NCBI GenBank assembly: GCA_963834385.1
Contig: CAWIBO010000005.1
Span: 640,001-704,000 of the forward strand
Direction of reading: 5' to 3'
DNA: 64,000 bases
Source: an uncultured Verrucomicrobiae bacterium
Lineage (GTDB): Bacteria > Verrucomicrobiota > Verrucomicrobiia > Chthoniobacterales > UBA10450
The notes beneath the pieces are model-generated. The model ran no database searches, was not told the origin of the DNA, and saw nothing but the letters and a program-made list of their open reading frames with translations. Shown one piece after another: positions 45,511 to 54,058 of the stretch (position 1 is its first letter; every line of letters starts with the position of its first letter). Position numbers and translations under genes: made by a program.

Positions 45511-46776
45511 TGGGAGGCGAGCGTGTCGCCCACGGGCGGCATGTCGGAAAGATTCAGGACGAGCGGTTCCAGGCGCCGGAGATAGAGCTGCAGCGGGCCG
45601 TCATCGGCGCCATCCTCGCCCCACGCCTTCTGAAACTCGGCATAGGCTTCGCCCCATCTCTTTTCGCGGAAGTAGACCACCGCGTTCCAGAAAGCGTCGC
45701 GGCGTGCAATCTCGTCGGGGCCAGCGTCCTTGGCCATCTTCAGGAGCTCATAGACCTCGAAGCGTTCCCGCGTGGCCGAGCCGCTCAGGAAATCGATCGG
45801 GCGAACAAGCAATATCTGCTCGGCAATTTCAAACATCTGCGGGCCGAGCAAAATGCGCGAGTTATAGGCCCGGTTGGCAATGGCAAACCGCCGGGCCAGC
45901 TCCAAAGGCTCGCCCACCGGGACCACCTCGCGGCTTTCTCCGCTCTGGAAACGCGCGGCCAGGATGCTGCCCGAGCTGATGCCAATATGCACATGCGTGT
46001 CGGCAAAGACTTCCGGGGCCGACTGCTGCAGCTCGTTGAAACTCTCGAGCAAACGCAGGGAGGTGCGCGCCGCCGTTTCCGCGTGGTCGGGATCTTCGAC
46101 CGGGAACCCGAAAATGCCGACGACGCCCTCGCCGTCCGCCGACTGGATATAGGCGCCGGCCTCGAGGAAGAGGCTGGTGGCCTGGCGGACAAAGCCGTCC
46201 ACCATCGTCGCGAGCAGGTCCGGCGAGCGATCCTCGGCCAGGACATGCTTGTTGCCGATGTCACACATGACCACCGTGGCCTCGTGCGAAGTCGCGTCGG
46301 AACCGAAGGGAAAATCGCTTTCAATCAGGCGTTGCAACTGCTCCCGGGAGAGATGGTCGCCGAACATTTCCGTGGCGAGACGGCCGCGGGTGCTCCCCAT
46401 GATGATGCGAAAAGCGAAGGCAAAGGCAAAGGCGAGCAGGACGGCCAGAAGCGCCGGGAGCGGCTGAAAAAAGGAACCGTAGAGACCGAAAATAAACGGC
46501 AGCGCCAGGATCTCGAGAAGAAGCACGCCAATCAGGATGGCGACGAGGCCCCGACGACGGCAGGCCAGGGTGAACCAGCTGACTGCCAGCGCCAGCAGGC
46601 CCGCCAGCCCGTAGTGGACCACCGGCCCCGCCATGCTCGTGACGGTGGAGCCGCGCGTCAGCGCTTCGGTCAGGACGAACTCGAGCCGAAAAAGGATACC
46701 CGGCCGCGTGAACCAGGCAGGCGATGGCGGCCGCGACCAGACCGAGAACGATGGGTGCAATATAGGGACGTCTCAT
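45507..46776 (-). CDS. Membrane protein with degenerate class III nucleotide-cyclase domain and TPR-like tail (possible indel ~46690)
   Basis: TM segments, EATVVMCDI, FGFP..DHA, HIGISSG; N-terminus MRRPYIAPIVLGLV.. is in the adjacent frame. Confidence 0.7.
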
Positions 46777-46786
46777 GAAAACCGAA

Positions 46787-48382
46787 TTACGCCCCGCCGC
46801 TGCCGCCCGTCGCGTCGTAAGAGCGCATGACCATCTCGCTCAGGAACTTGTCGGGACTGTCCACGGCCTGGGAAGTAATGGTGAGACTCTTCTGCCCACT
46901 ATTCTGTTTAATCAAGTTCAAGCCGAACTGATAATCCTTGAAGAGGTGAGCGCAAAGATCGGCCATCTTCATGCGTTCCGCGTGGGCCCGCTCCACCAGC
47001 CGTTGCAGGGCTGACTCGTCAAAATGGAGCTCCAGCCCGTGTTGAACCCGAAAAGCGCCGGCAAATTCCCGCGCCTCTTCCCGCAGCGTTGATTCCTCCT
47101 GCCGGTTGCCCTCGGCCATGAGGCGGTCCAGGACCCGCCGCGGCTCGGCCACCAGCTCGGCGTTGACCCGGAGCTGACTCAGCCCCGAACCCGCCAGGTG
47201 GTACTTGTAGTCGCGGAAAAGTTTCTCGAACACAGTCAGGAGACCGCGCGCGCCGGTTTGTTCCAACGCGGCCTGTTCCGCGATCTGCCGCAGCGCCTCG
47301 TCCTCGAAACTGATTTCGATGCCGTAGGCGCGGAAGGCGCGCTCATATTGCCGCAGAATGCTTCCTTCCGATTCCTTCATGATCCGAAACAGATCGTCCG
47401 CGGTCAGCATCTCGCAGACGACCCGCACGGGCAGGCGCCCGATGAACTCCGGCTCAAATCCATAATCGACGAAGTCGCGGGTGGTCACGTGCCGAAAAAG
47501 CTCGTTATCCATCACCTGCACCCGCTCGGCGCCAAACCCGATCTGGCCCTGGGCCATCCGGCGCGAGACCAGCTCTTTCAGCCGTTCGAAGGCGCCGCTT
47601 ACCACGAACAAAATATTGCGCGTGCTGATGGTTTCGCGCCGCGCCTTTCCCCCTCGCTTCTGGAACTCAAAGGCGGCCTGCAACTGCGCCTGCAAATCGT
47701 TCGCACCACGCAGCGGCACCTCGGTCTCCTCCATCAGCTTCAAGAGCGTCGTCTGCACGCCCCGGCCGCTCACGTCGCGCCCCATCATGTTGCCGGCCGC
47801 GGCCAGCTTGTCGATCTCGTCGATGTAAATGATGCCAAACTGGGCCCGCTGCACGTCGTCGTCCGCTTTCTGCACCAGTTCGCGGACCAAATCCTCCACG
47901 TCGCCCCCGACATAGCCTGTCTCGCTGAACTTGGTTGCGTCCGCTTTCACGAACGGCACCTTGATCAGCTCCGCGATGTGCTTGATCAGGTAGGTTTTTC
48001 CCACCCCCGTCGGCCCCACCAGGATGACGTTCTGTTTCGCGTACTCGGTCTCAAGGGCGCGCGCCGGGTCGGTTTTCTCCAGTTCCCGCACGTACTTCAC
48101 GTGGTTGTAATGGTCGCAAACGGCGATCGAGAGCACCTTTTTGGCTTCGTCCTGCCGGATCACGAAACGGTCGAGATGCGCCTTGATGTCCCGCGGCAGA
48201 AAATCGAACTGAAAAGCCTCCTCCGCGGCCGGTGCGCGCGGCGGTTCGTCTTCCGTGGCTTCCGCCTGCTCCGTCCCGGGGAAGGCGGCCACGGAAACGC
48301 GGTCGCCGAAATTCGATTTCATGAAATCGGCCAGCTTGGATTTAAGCTCTTCGGGCGAGGGAAAAGGGGGATTCTGGTCCAT
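46787..48382 (-). CDS. ClpX-like AAA+ ATPase without N-terminal zinc-binding domain
   Basis: GPTGVGKT, DATKFSETGYVG, YIDEIDK, RDVSGRGVQ, IGF loop, PEFIGRLP, TGARGL. Confidence 0.88.
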   Translation of the reverse strand: MDQNPPFPSPEELKSKLADFMKSNFGDRVSVAAFPGTEQAEATEDEPPRAPAAEEAFQFDFLPRDIKAHLDRFVIRQDEAKKVLSIAVCDHYNHVKYVRELEKTDPARALETEYAKQNVILVGPTGVGKTYLIKHIAELIKVPFVKADATKFSETGYVGGDVEDLVRELVQKADDDVQRAQFGIIYIDEIDKLAAAGNMMGRDVSGRGVQTTLLKLMEETEVPLRGANDLQAQLQAAFEFQKRGGKARRETISTRNILFVVSGAFERLKELVSRRMAQGQIGFGAERVQVMDNELFRHVTTRDFVDYGFEPEFIGRLPVRVVCEMLTADDLFRIMKESEGSILRQYERAFRAYGIEISFEDEALRQIAEQAALEQTGARGLLTVFEKLFRDYKYHLAGSGLSQLRVNAELVAEPRRVLDRLMAEGNRQEESTLREEAREFAGAFRVQHGLELHFDESALQRLVERAHAERMKMADLCAHLFKDYQFGLNLIKQNSGQKSLTITSQAVDSPDKFLSEMVMRSYDATGGSGGA

Positions 48383-48473
48383 GAGGTCGGGGGAGACGCC
48401 GCGGGGCGCTCACTACCAACCTAACATCCCCGCCCGATTTGTCATGGCGCGCAGGCGTGCGCGCGCCCCGGGA

Positions 48474-49361
48474 TCAGTGCTTCAGGGCCAGATCAACCCC
48501 GCCACGCGCGAAAAACGCATCCAACTCGGCCAGGACACGCTCCGGGCCGACATACTTGCCGTCCTGGTAACTGTCGGAGAGCACCCGTCCATTGGCGTCC
48601 ACCACCACGAGGCACGGAATCCCCTCCCCGGCGTAGCGGAGCAGGCCGGTCTTCTCCGCGACCTTCGGGAAGGCCACCGCCGGCCAGGGCATTTTCATTT
48701 CCCGCATGTATTTTTCCATCGCCCCTGCCGAACGATCGCCGCTGACGAAGATGACCTCGAAGTCGGGATGCTGTGGCGCGACGCGGTTATAATATTCGAC
48801 CAGTTGCGGGGTGAACCGGCGGCAGGGCCCACACCAGAGGGCGGAGAAATAGAGGGCAAAGATTTTTTTGCGGGCCACGGCGTCATCGAGGACGGAGGTA
48901 AGGGTGCCGTTGGTGCTCCGGACGAGATCACCGCGCAGGTGGCCGACGATCGCTTCCGAACCTGTGCTCGCCCGGGCCAGGGCGGCTGCGCTGGCCCGCT
49001 CCCGGGCCACCGTGTCCTGGTAAAGGGTGTTATGCTTCTGCGCCTCTTCGCGCATCGCCTGTTTGCGCGCGGCCATTGCGGCTTCATCCTGCCCGGGCGC
49101 GACGGCCAGACCCGGCGGGACCTTGTATTTCCCATCACGCAACACTTTGAGGAGCTGCGGGGTGGCTCCGGCATCGGCCACCATCTTTTCCGCGGCGCTG
49201 TCGGCATAACCGACGAAAAAGCGGCGCGCCACTTCCTGTTCCACCGCCCCGCTGGAGTAACCGCTGCGCAGCATCAGGCTGATATCCCGCGGCGTCAGCG
49301 GGGCCAGCGCCGCCTGGACCGCGCCGCACACGACAAGAAGAAGGCAGGCGAAGAAGCGCAT
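48474..49361 (-). CDS. Exported thioredoxin-like (nucleoredoxin/tryparedoxin-type) protein
   Basis: Signal-like N-terminus; LYFSALWCGPCRRFTP, GIPCLV. Confidence 0.85.
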   Translation of the reverse strand: MRFFACLLLVVCGAVQAALAPLTPRDISLMLRSGYSSGAVEQEVARRFFVGYADSAAEKMVADAGATPQLLKVLRDGKYKVPPGLAVAPGQDEAAMAARKQAMREEAQKHNTLYQDTVARERASAAALARASTGSEAIVGHLRGDLVRSTNGTLTSVLDDAVARKKIFALYFSALWCGPCRRFTPQLVEYYNRVAPQHPDFEVIFVSGDRSAGAMEKYMREMKMPWPAVAFPKVAEKTGLLRYAGEGIPCLVVVDANGRVLSDSYQDGKYVGPERVLAELDAFFARGGVDLALKH

Positions 49362-49403
49362 GCCCCGGAGAGGGAGCAGGTGCCAGGCCACCGTTCCCTC
49401 GGC

Positions 49404-51755
49404 TCAAGGCGCTTTTTCCGTCCCGAAAAGCCGTTTCAGGTCATCGGCTTGGGCCGGATCAGCCGCCGCCGCCTTTTCCGCCAACTGGCGTGCTGCCTCG
49501 GGCTGCCCTGTTTCCGCGGCAAAAACGGCGCTGAGCCACTGGCGCGTGGCTTCATCCGGCGCGGACGATTTGGCATAGGAGAGAGCGATCTCGAGCAGGG
49601 TCGAGGCCGGGAGCTGCGTCCATTCCAGTTCCGTTGAACCGTAGGGCGGCACCGCGAGGATCAGCCGGTCGGCCGTGACCCGGGCCAGGTTCCCGGGGAA
49701 CCGGGCGCCACCGAACCCGGCCAGCGGTCCCGGGAACGGCTGGCGGGCCACGTCGGCCGCCAGCAATTGGCGCCAGCTCCGCAGCCAATCGGCTTTCCGT
49801 AACGCAAACGCCTGCTCTTCCCGCAACGCCGGCACTGTCAGCCGCGGCCCCGCGACCATTTCGCGGGCCCGCTCGAAGTCGTAGACTTTCACCGCGGCGG
49901 CGTAGGCATTCTGCGCCGCCTGCCAGACGGGTTCCTCTGCCTCCCGCAAGGCTGATTCGCGTTTGCGCTCTTCCACCGCGGCCGCTCCTTCCTTCTCCGA
50001 CAGGAGAGCCGTCAGCCGTTGCGCCTGGCCTTCAATCTCCGCGCGGATCACGCTGTTGGTCTGCAGTTTGGCCAGCATCTGCCGGGTCAGCTCCAGTTGG
50101 GCCTGCAACCCCGCGACATCGTCGCCACCCGAGCCGCGGTCCTGCAGCGATTGCCAAAGTTTCAGGTCGTGCAGATAACGCCGGGCCATGGGCCGGTATT
50201 CCGCGATCCAGGAGGGCGCCTGGCCGCCGGCCGAACTTTCGAAGCGTTCCAGAAGCGCGCGCGCATTCCCGAACTCCTTCGCCTCGGCGGCATGCAGACC
50301 GAGCAGGAGCAGCGCAAACGAAGTTTCCTCGCCCGGAACTGCCCCGGCCTGCGTCAGGCTGATCGGCGGAGAAGCATCCAGAAGCTCGGCCGTGCGCAGA
50401 AAAAATTCGGCGCGGGTTTCCTCCGCCCGCTCCAGCGAATAGATCGCCTCCTCCTTCAGGAGCGAGACGGCCACCTGCACGTCGGCCGGGCGCCGGGAAA
50501 GATAACCGAGCAGAGCTTCCTGCAGCCGGATGTAATTGAGGAGGGGCTGCGCCATCGCGGGATCGGCTGCCAGCCGATTGAACTGGTCGCGGGCCTTCTC
50601 CAGTTCTCCCGCGAGGAGGTGCGACCGGGCCTGCTCGTAGACCGCCCGCAACGGCGCGAGCGCTTCCTCTCGCGCTGCCGCCGCCACGCGCTTCTGCTCC
50701 GCCGCCCGGGAGAAGAGGAAGAACCCGATGCCGCCGCCGAGGAGAAGCAGCAGAAGCACGGCCACGCCGATGAGCAGGCGCCGGCGGCGCCGGTGCAGGC
50801 GTTGGGCGGCCTCCATCCGCGCTTCGCCCAGGGCGCGCTGGGCCGCTTTCAGTTCGCCCACCAATTCGTCATAGGTGGAGGGACGTTCTGCCGGATCAGG
50901 GCGCAGGGTGCGATTGATCGCGGCCACGGTTCCGGGCGAGGCTTCCGGCGCCACCAGCCCGAGATCGACCGGATGCTCCTTCAACTCCCTCAGTTTGCCC
51001 GCTGAATTCGTTTCGCCCTCGATCGGGGGGCGCCCGGCCAGCGCATGGTAAAGAGTCGCGCCCAGACTGTAGATATCACTGCGATGATCCTCCGGCTGGT
51101 GGTGCAGCCGCTCCGGCGCGACATAATAGGGTGTGCCCCAGATTTCGTTCTCCCCGCCCGAGCCCGGTTCGGCCAGCCCGGCCAGCCCGAAATCGACCAG
51201 CTTGGGCGTGGTGGCGTCGGCGAAAAGAATGTTGGCCGGCTTGACGTCACGGTGAATCAGTCCCGCCGCGTGCGCGGCCTCGAGTCCCCGCGCCAGCGCA
51301 ATGCCCCACGCCAGCACTTCGTCCTCGGTCAGTTGTTTGCGTTCCTCGATGGCGTCATCAAGGCTCCCGCCTTCCACCAATTCCATCACGATATAAAATT
51401 GGCCGAGGGCCGTGCCGGAAGAGTAGACTCGGACCACATTGGGATGATTGATCGATGCCGTTACCCGGGCCTCCTGCCGGAGCTGTGCCACCTGGTCGCC
51501 GGAGGTCTCGGCTTCCCGGCGCAGGACCTTCAGGGCCACCAGCCGGCCCAGTTGCAGATCGCGCGCCTTGTAGACCGAGCCCATCCCGCCCGCCCCGAGC
51601 GATTCAATCACCTGAAAGTTATCGAAAACCGGCTGCACCCGGAAATCCGCATGGCAGACCGGACACTCCGTCCGGGACAGAGGCTCGATGCCGGAAAGGT
51701 CCACCTCGGCACCACAGGCCGGGCACGGTTGCACAAAGACATCGGTGCCGGACAT
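49404..51755 (-). CDS. Membrane Hanks-type Ser/Thr kinase with N-terminal Zn ribbon
   Basis: CPAC..CPVC, LGAGGMGSVY, VALK, HRDVKPAN, DFG, GTPYYVAPE, central TM. Confidence 0.92.
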   Translation of the reverse strand: MSGTDVFVQPCPACGAEVDLSGIEPLSRTECPVCHADFRVQPVFDNFQVIESLGAGGMGSVYKARDLQLGRLVALKVLRREAETSGDQVAQLRQEARVTASINHPNVVRVYSSGTALGQFYIVMELVEGGSLDDAIEERKQLTEDEVLAWGIALARGLEAAHAAGLIHRDVKPANILFADATTPKLVDFGLAGLAEPGSGGENEIWGTPYYVAPERLHHQPEDHRSDIYSLGATLYHALAGRPPIEGETNSAGKLRELKEHPVDLGLVAPEASPGTVAAINRTLRPDPAERPSTYDELVGELKAAQRALGEARMEAAQRLHRRRRRLLIGVAVLLLLLLGGGIGFFLFSRAAEQKRVAAAAREEALAPLRAVYEQARSHLLAGELEKARDQFNRLAADPAMAQPLLNYIRLQEALLGYLSRRPADVQVAVSLLKEEAIYSLERAEETRAEFFLRTAELLDASPPISLTQAGAVPGEETSFALLLLGLHAAEAKEFGNARALLERFESSAGGQAPSWIAEYRPMARRYLHDLKLWQSLQDRGSGGDDVAGLQAQLELTRQMLAKLQTNSVIRAEIEGQAQRLTALLSEKEGAAAVEERKRESALREAEEPVWQAAQNAYAAAVKVYDFERAREMVAGPRLTVPALREEQAFALRKADWLRSWRQLLAADVARQPFPGPLAGFGGARFPGNLARVTADRLILAVPPYGSTELEWTQLPASTLLEIALSYAKSSAPDEATRQWLSAVFAAETGQPEAARQLAEKAAAADPAQADDLKRLFGTEKAP

Positions 51756-51811
51756 GGCGCGCATCTTATCAGCCGCGGCCATGGCGGCAATCTCCGGTCG
51801 CGGTCCTGCTC

Positions 51812-52729
51812 ATGAATCATCAACTTCGGGTGGAGCCCGACCTGGCCGGTCTTCGTCTCGACCTTTACCTGGCCCAGGCTCTCCCGCAGATGTCGCGGTC
51901 CCGGGCCCAGGCGCTTCTTCGCGCGGGTCACGTCCTCCTCAACGGCAGCCGGCCCCGGCCGCGCGACCCGGTGCATCCGGGCGATCTGGTCACAGTGGAG
52001 GAACCGCCCGCGCCGCGCCTCGAGGCCGAGCCGCAGGATATTCCGCTTCATCTCCTGCATGAGGATGACGATCTGCTGGTGGTGAACAAACCGCCCGGAC
52101 TGGTGGTGCATCCCGGCGCCGGCAACGCCCGCGACACGCTGGTCAATGCCCTCCTCCACCATTGCACCACGCTTTCGCGCATCGGCGACCGGGAACGGCC
52201 CGGCATCGTGCACCGGATCGACAAGGACACGAGCGGCTGCCTGGTCGTGGCCAAGACGGACCAGGCGCATCAATCCCTTTCGCAGCAGTTCGCGGAACGG
52301 ACGGTGGAAAAAGTTTATCTCGCCCTGGCCGCCGGCACGCCGCGGCGGGTCCACGGCGAAATCGAGGCGCCCATCGGCCGGCATCCCGTGCACCGGCAAC
52401 GCATGAGCGTCGAGCCCCGCCGGGGACGCGCCGCCCGCACCGGCTACCGTGTTCTCACCGGGAACGGTGACGCTTCACTCGTGGAATGCCGGCTGCACAG
52501 CGGGCGCACCCATCAGATCAGGGTGCATCTGCATCACCTCGGGCATCCGATCCTGGGCGACCGGGTTTACGGGCCGAGGCTGGCAGCCCGCTTTCCGCGG
52601 CAGATGCTGCATGCCTGGAAGCTCGGGTTTCTCCATCCACGCGACGGCACGGCCCGCCTTTTTGTGGCCCCGTGTCCCGCCGATTTTCGCACGGCCATGG
52701 CGTCACTCGCCCTGCGTCACGATGTCTGA
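51812..52729 (+). CDS. rluD: RluA/RluD-family pseudouridine synthase
   Basis: S4 domain, NKPPGLVVHP, HRIDKDTSG, GRTHQIRVH. Confidence 0.88.
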   Translation: MNHQLRVEPDLAGLRLDLYLAQALPQMSRSRAQALLRAGHVLLNGSRPRPRDPVHPGDLVTVEEPPAPRLEAEPQDIPLHLLHEDDDLLVVNKPPGLVVHPGAGNARDTLVNALLHHCTTLSRIGDRERPGIVHRIDKDTSGCLVVAKTDQAHQSLSQQFAERTVEKVYLALAAGTPRRVHGEIEAPIGRHPVHRQRMSVEPRRGRAARTGYRVLTGNGDASLVECRLHSGRTHQIRVHLHHLGHPILGDRVYGPRLAARFPRQMLHAWKLGFLHPRDGTARLFVAPCPADFRTAMASLALRHDV

Positions 52730-54052
52730 TTTCCTGCGCTCGAGCAGACCGGCGAGGAAAACCAGCAACGGGGGCACGATGATGAGAAGGCGCAGCCAGA
52801 GTTCCGAGCGCCACGGGAGCAGGAAGAGGCGCTCGTTCCAGAAAAGGTAATAGGCGAAGAGCGAAACGGAGAGAACGTGCCAGGCATAGGCGCGTCGCCA
52901 GGCCGCCAGGGCCAGGATCCAGGTGCAATACCATGGATGCAGGACCGGCGAGAGGATCAGGGCCGCACCCAGCACCCAGAGCATTCCCCGTTTCCAGTTG
53001 CGCCAGAAAAACAGGGAGACCAACGCGACCACGCCGAGGATGATGACGGTGTAGCGATAGTTTTTCTGCCGCGGATTCGGCCAGACGGTGTCCTCAATGA
53101 TCCACCAGAAAAGATCGTTCAGGCGCGTGACATAGGCGAAATCACCAAGCGAATCCCAGATCCGCACGTGCGGAAAACCGAAGGGCAGGCTGAGGGCGAC
53201 CGGCACCAGCACGGCCAGGGCGAGGGCGGGCGCGCGCCGGCGCAGGGCCAGGGCGAAAAGCGGCAGGAGCAGCGCCGGGATTAACTTGATCGAGATGGCG
53301 AGGCCGAGAAGAAAGGCCGAACCCGCAGCGAACTTCCAGCGCGCCCCGGTTTCGCCCGCCGCTTCGGACCTGAGCAACAGAAGAATGGCGCCCATGAGCG
53401 GCGCCAGCATCAGGCTGTCGAAATGGGCCGCGCCCGCGAAGCTGTAGGCGAGGAGCGGGTTCCAGGCGTACCAGGCGCCGACGGCATGGCGCGCGCCGCC
53501 GCCGACGATGCGCAGGAGAAGTCCGACCGCCAGCAGGTCCGCCACGGCAAAAAGCGCCTTGTAAGGCCAGCCCGACGAGGTCAACGCGTGCAAGCCGCGG
53601 AAAACCAGCTCCGCGCCCGCCGGGTAAATCGCGCGGTAATCGCGGTGATTGATCCGCCACCAGTCCTCAAAACGTTCGCGCTCGCCCGCCAGTTCCGGGG
53701 CTTCCGGCGCGAGCAGATAGGGATTGAACCCGGCCTGCTGGATCCGGCCTTCCCATTGATACCGGTAAAGATCGTCTCCCGGCGTCATCGGGAAGGCCAG
53801 CAGCCGCAGCAGGAGGGCCACGCTCCAGAAGACGATGGCCGCGGAACGGCCCCCGCCACCACGCGCGAACTGGGCCGACGCCTGCAGGTAGAAAACCCCC
53901 GCCATGATCGCCAGCGTGACGAAGCGAACGGGATTCTCCTCCCGCGTCCAGTCGTCGAACCAGTTCAACGAGGCGAAAAACGCGAGCAACCCGATCACGG
54001 AAAACCAGAATTGCCAGCGCCGGACAGCCGGTGGCGGGGAAAGCGCGGTCAT
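52703..54052 (-). CDS. GT-C polytopic glycosyltransferase (GT87/DUF2029-like)
   Basis: GDDLYRYQWEG, NPY, IYP, YAWNP, HFD, HPWY. Confidence 0.78.
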   Translation of the reverse strand: MTALSPPPAVRRWQFWFSVIGLLAFFASLNWFDDWTREENPVRFVTLAIMAGVFYLQASAQFARGGGGRSAAIVFWSVALLLRLLAFPMTPGDDLYRYQWEGRIQQAGFNPYLLAPEAPELAGERERFEDWWRINHRDYRAIYPAGAELVFRGLHALTSSGWPYKALFAVADLLAVGLLLRIVGGGARHAVGAWYAWNPLLAYSFAGAAHFDSLMLAPLMGAILLLLRSEAAGETGARWKFAAGSAFLLGLAISIKLIPALLLPLFALALRRRAPALALAVLVPVALSLPFGFPHVRIWDSLGDFAYVTRLNDLFWWIIEDTVWPNPRQKNYRYTVIILGVVALVSLFFWRNWKRGMLWVLGAALILSPVLHPWYCTWILALAAWRRAYAWHVLSVSLFAYYLFWNERLFLLPWRSELWLRLLIIVPPLLVFLAGLLERRKSDIVTQGE

Positions 54053-54058
54053 GCCGCG

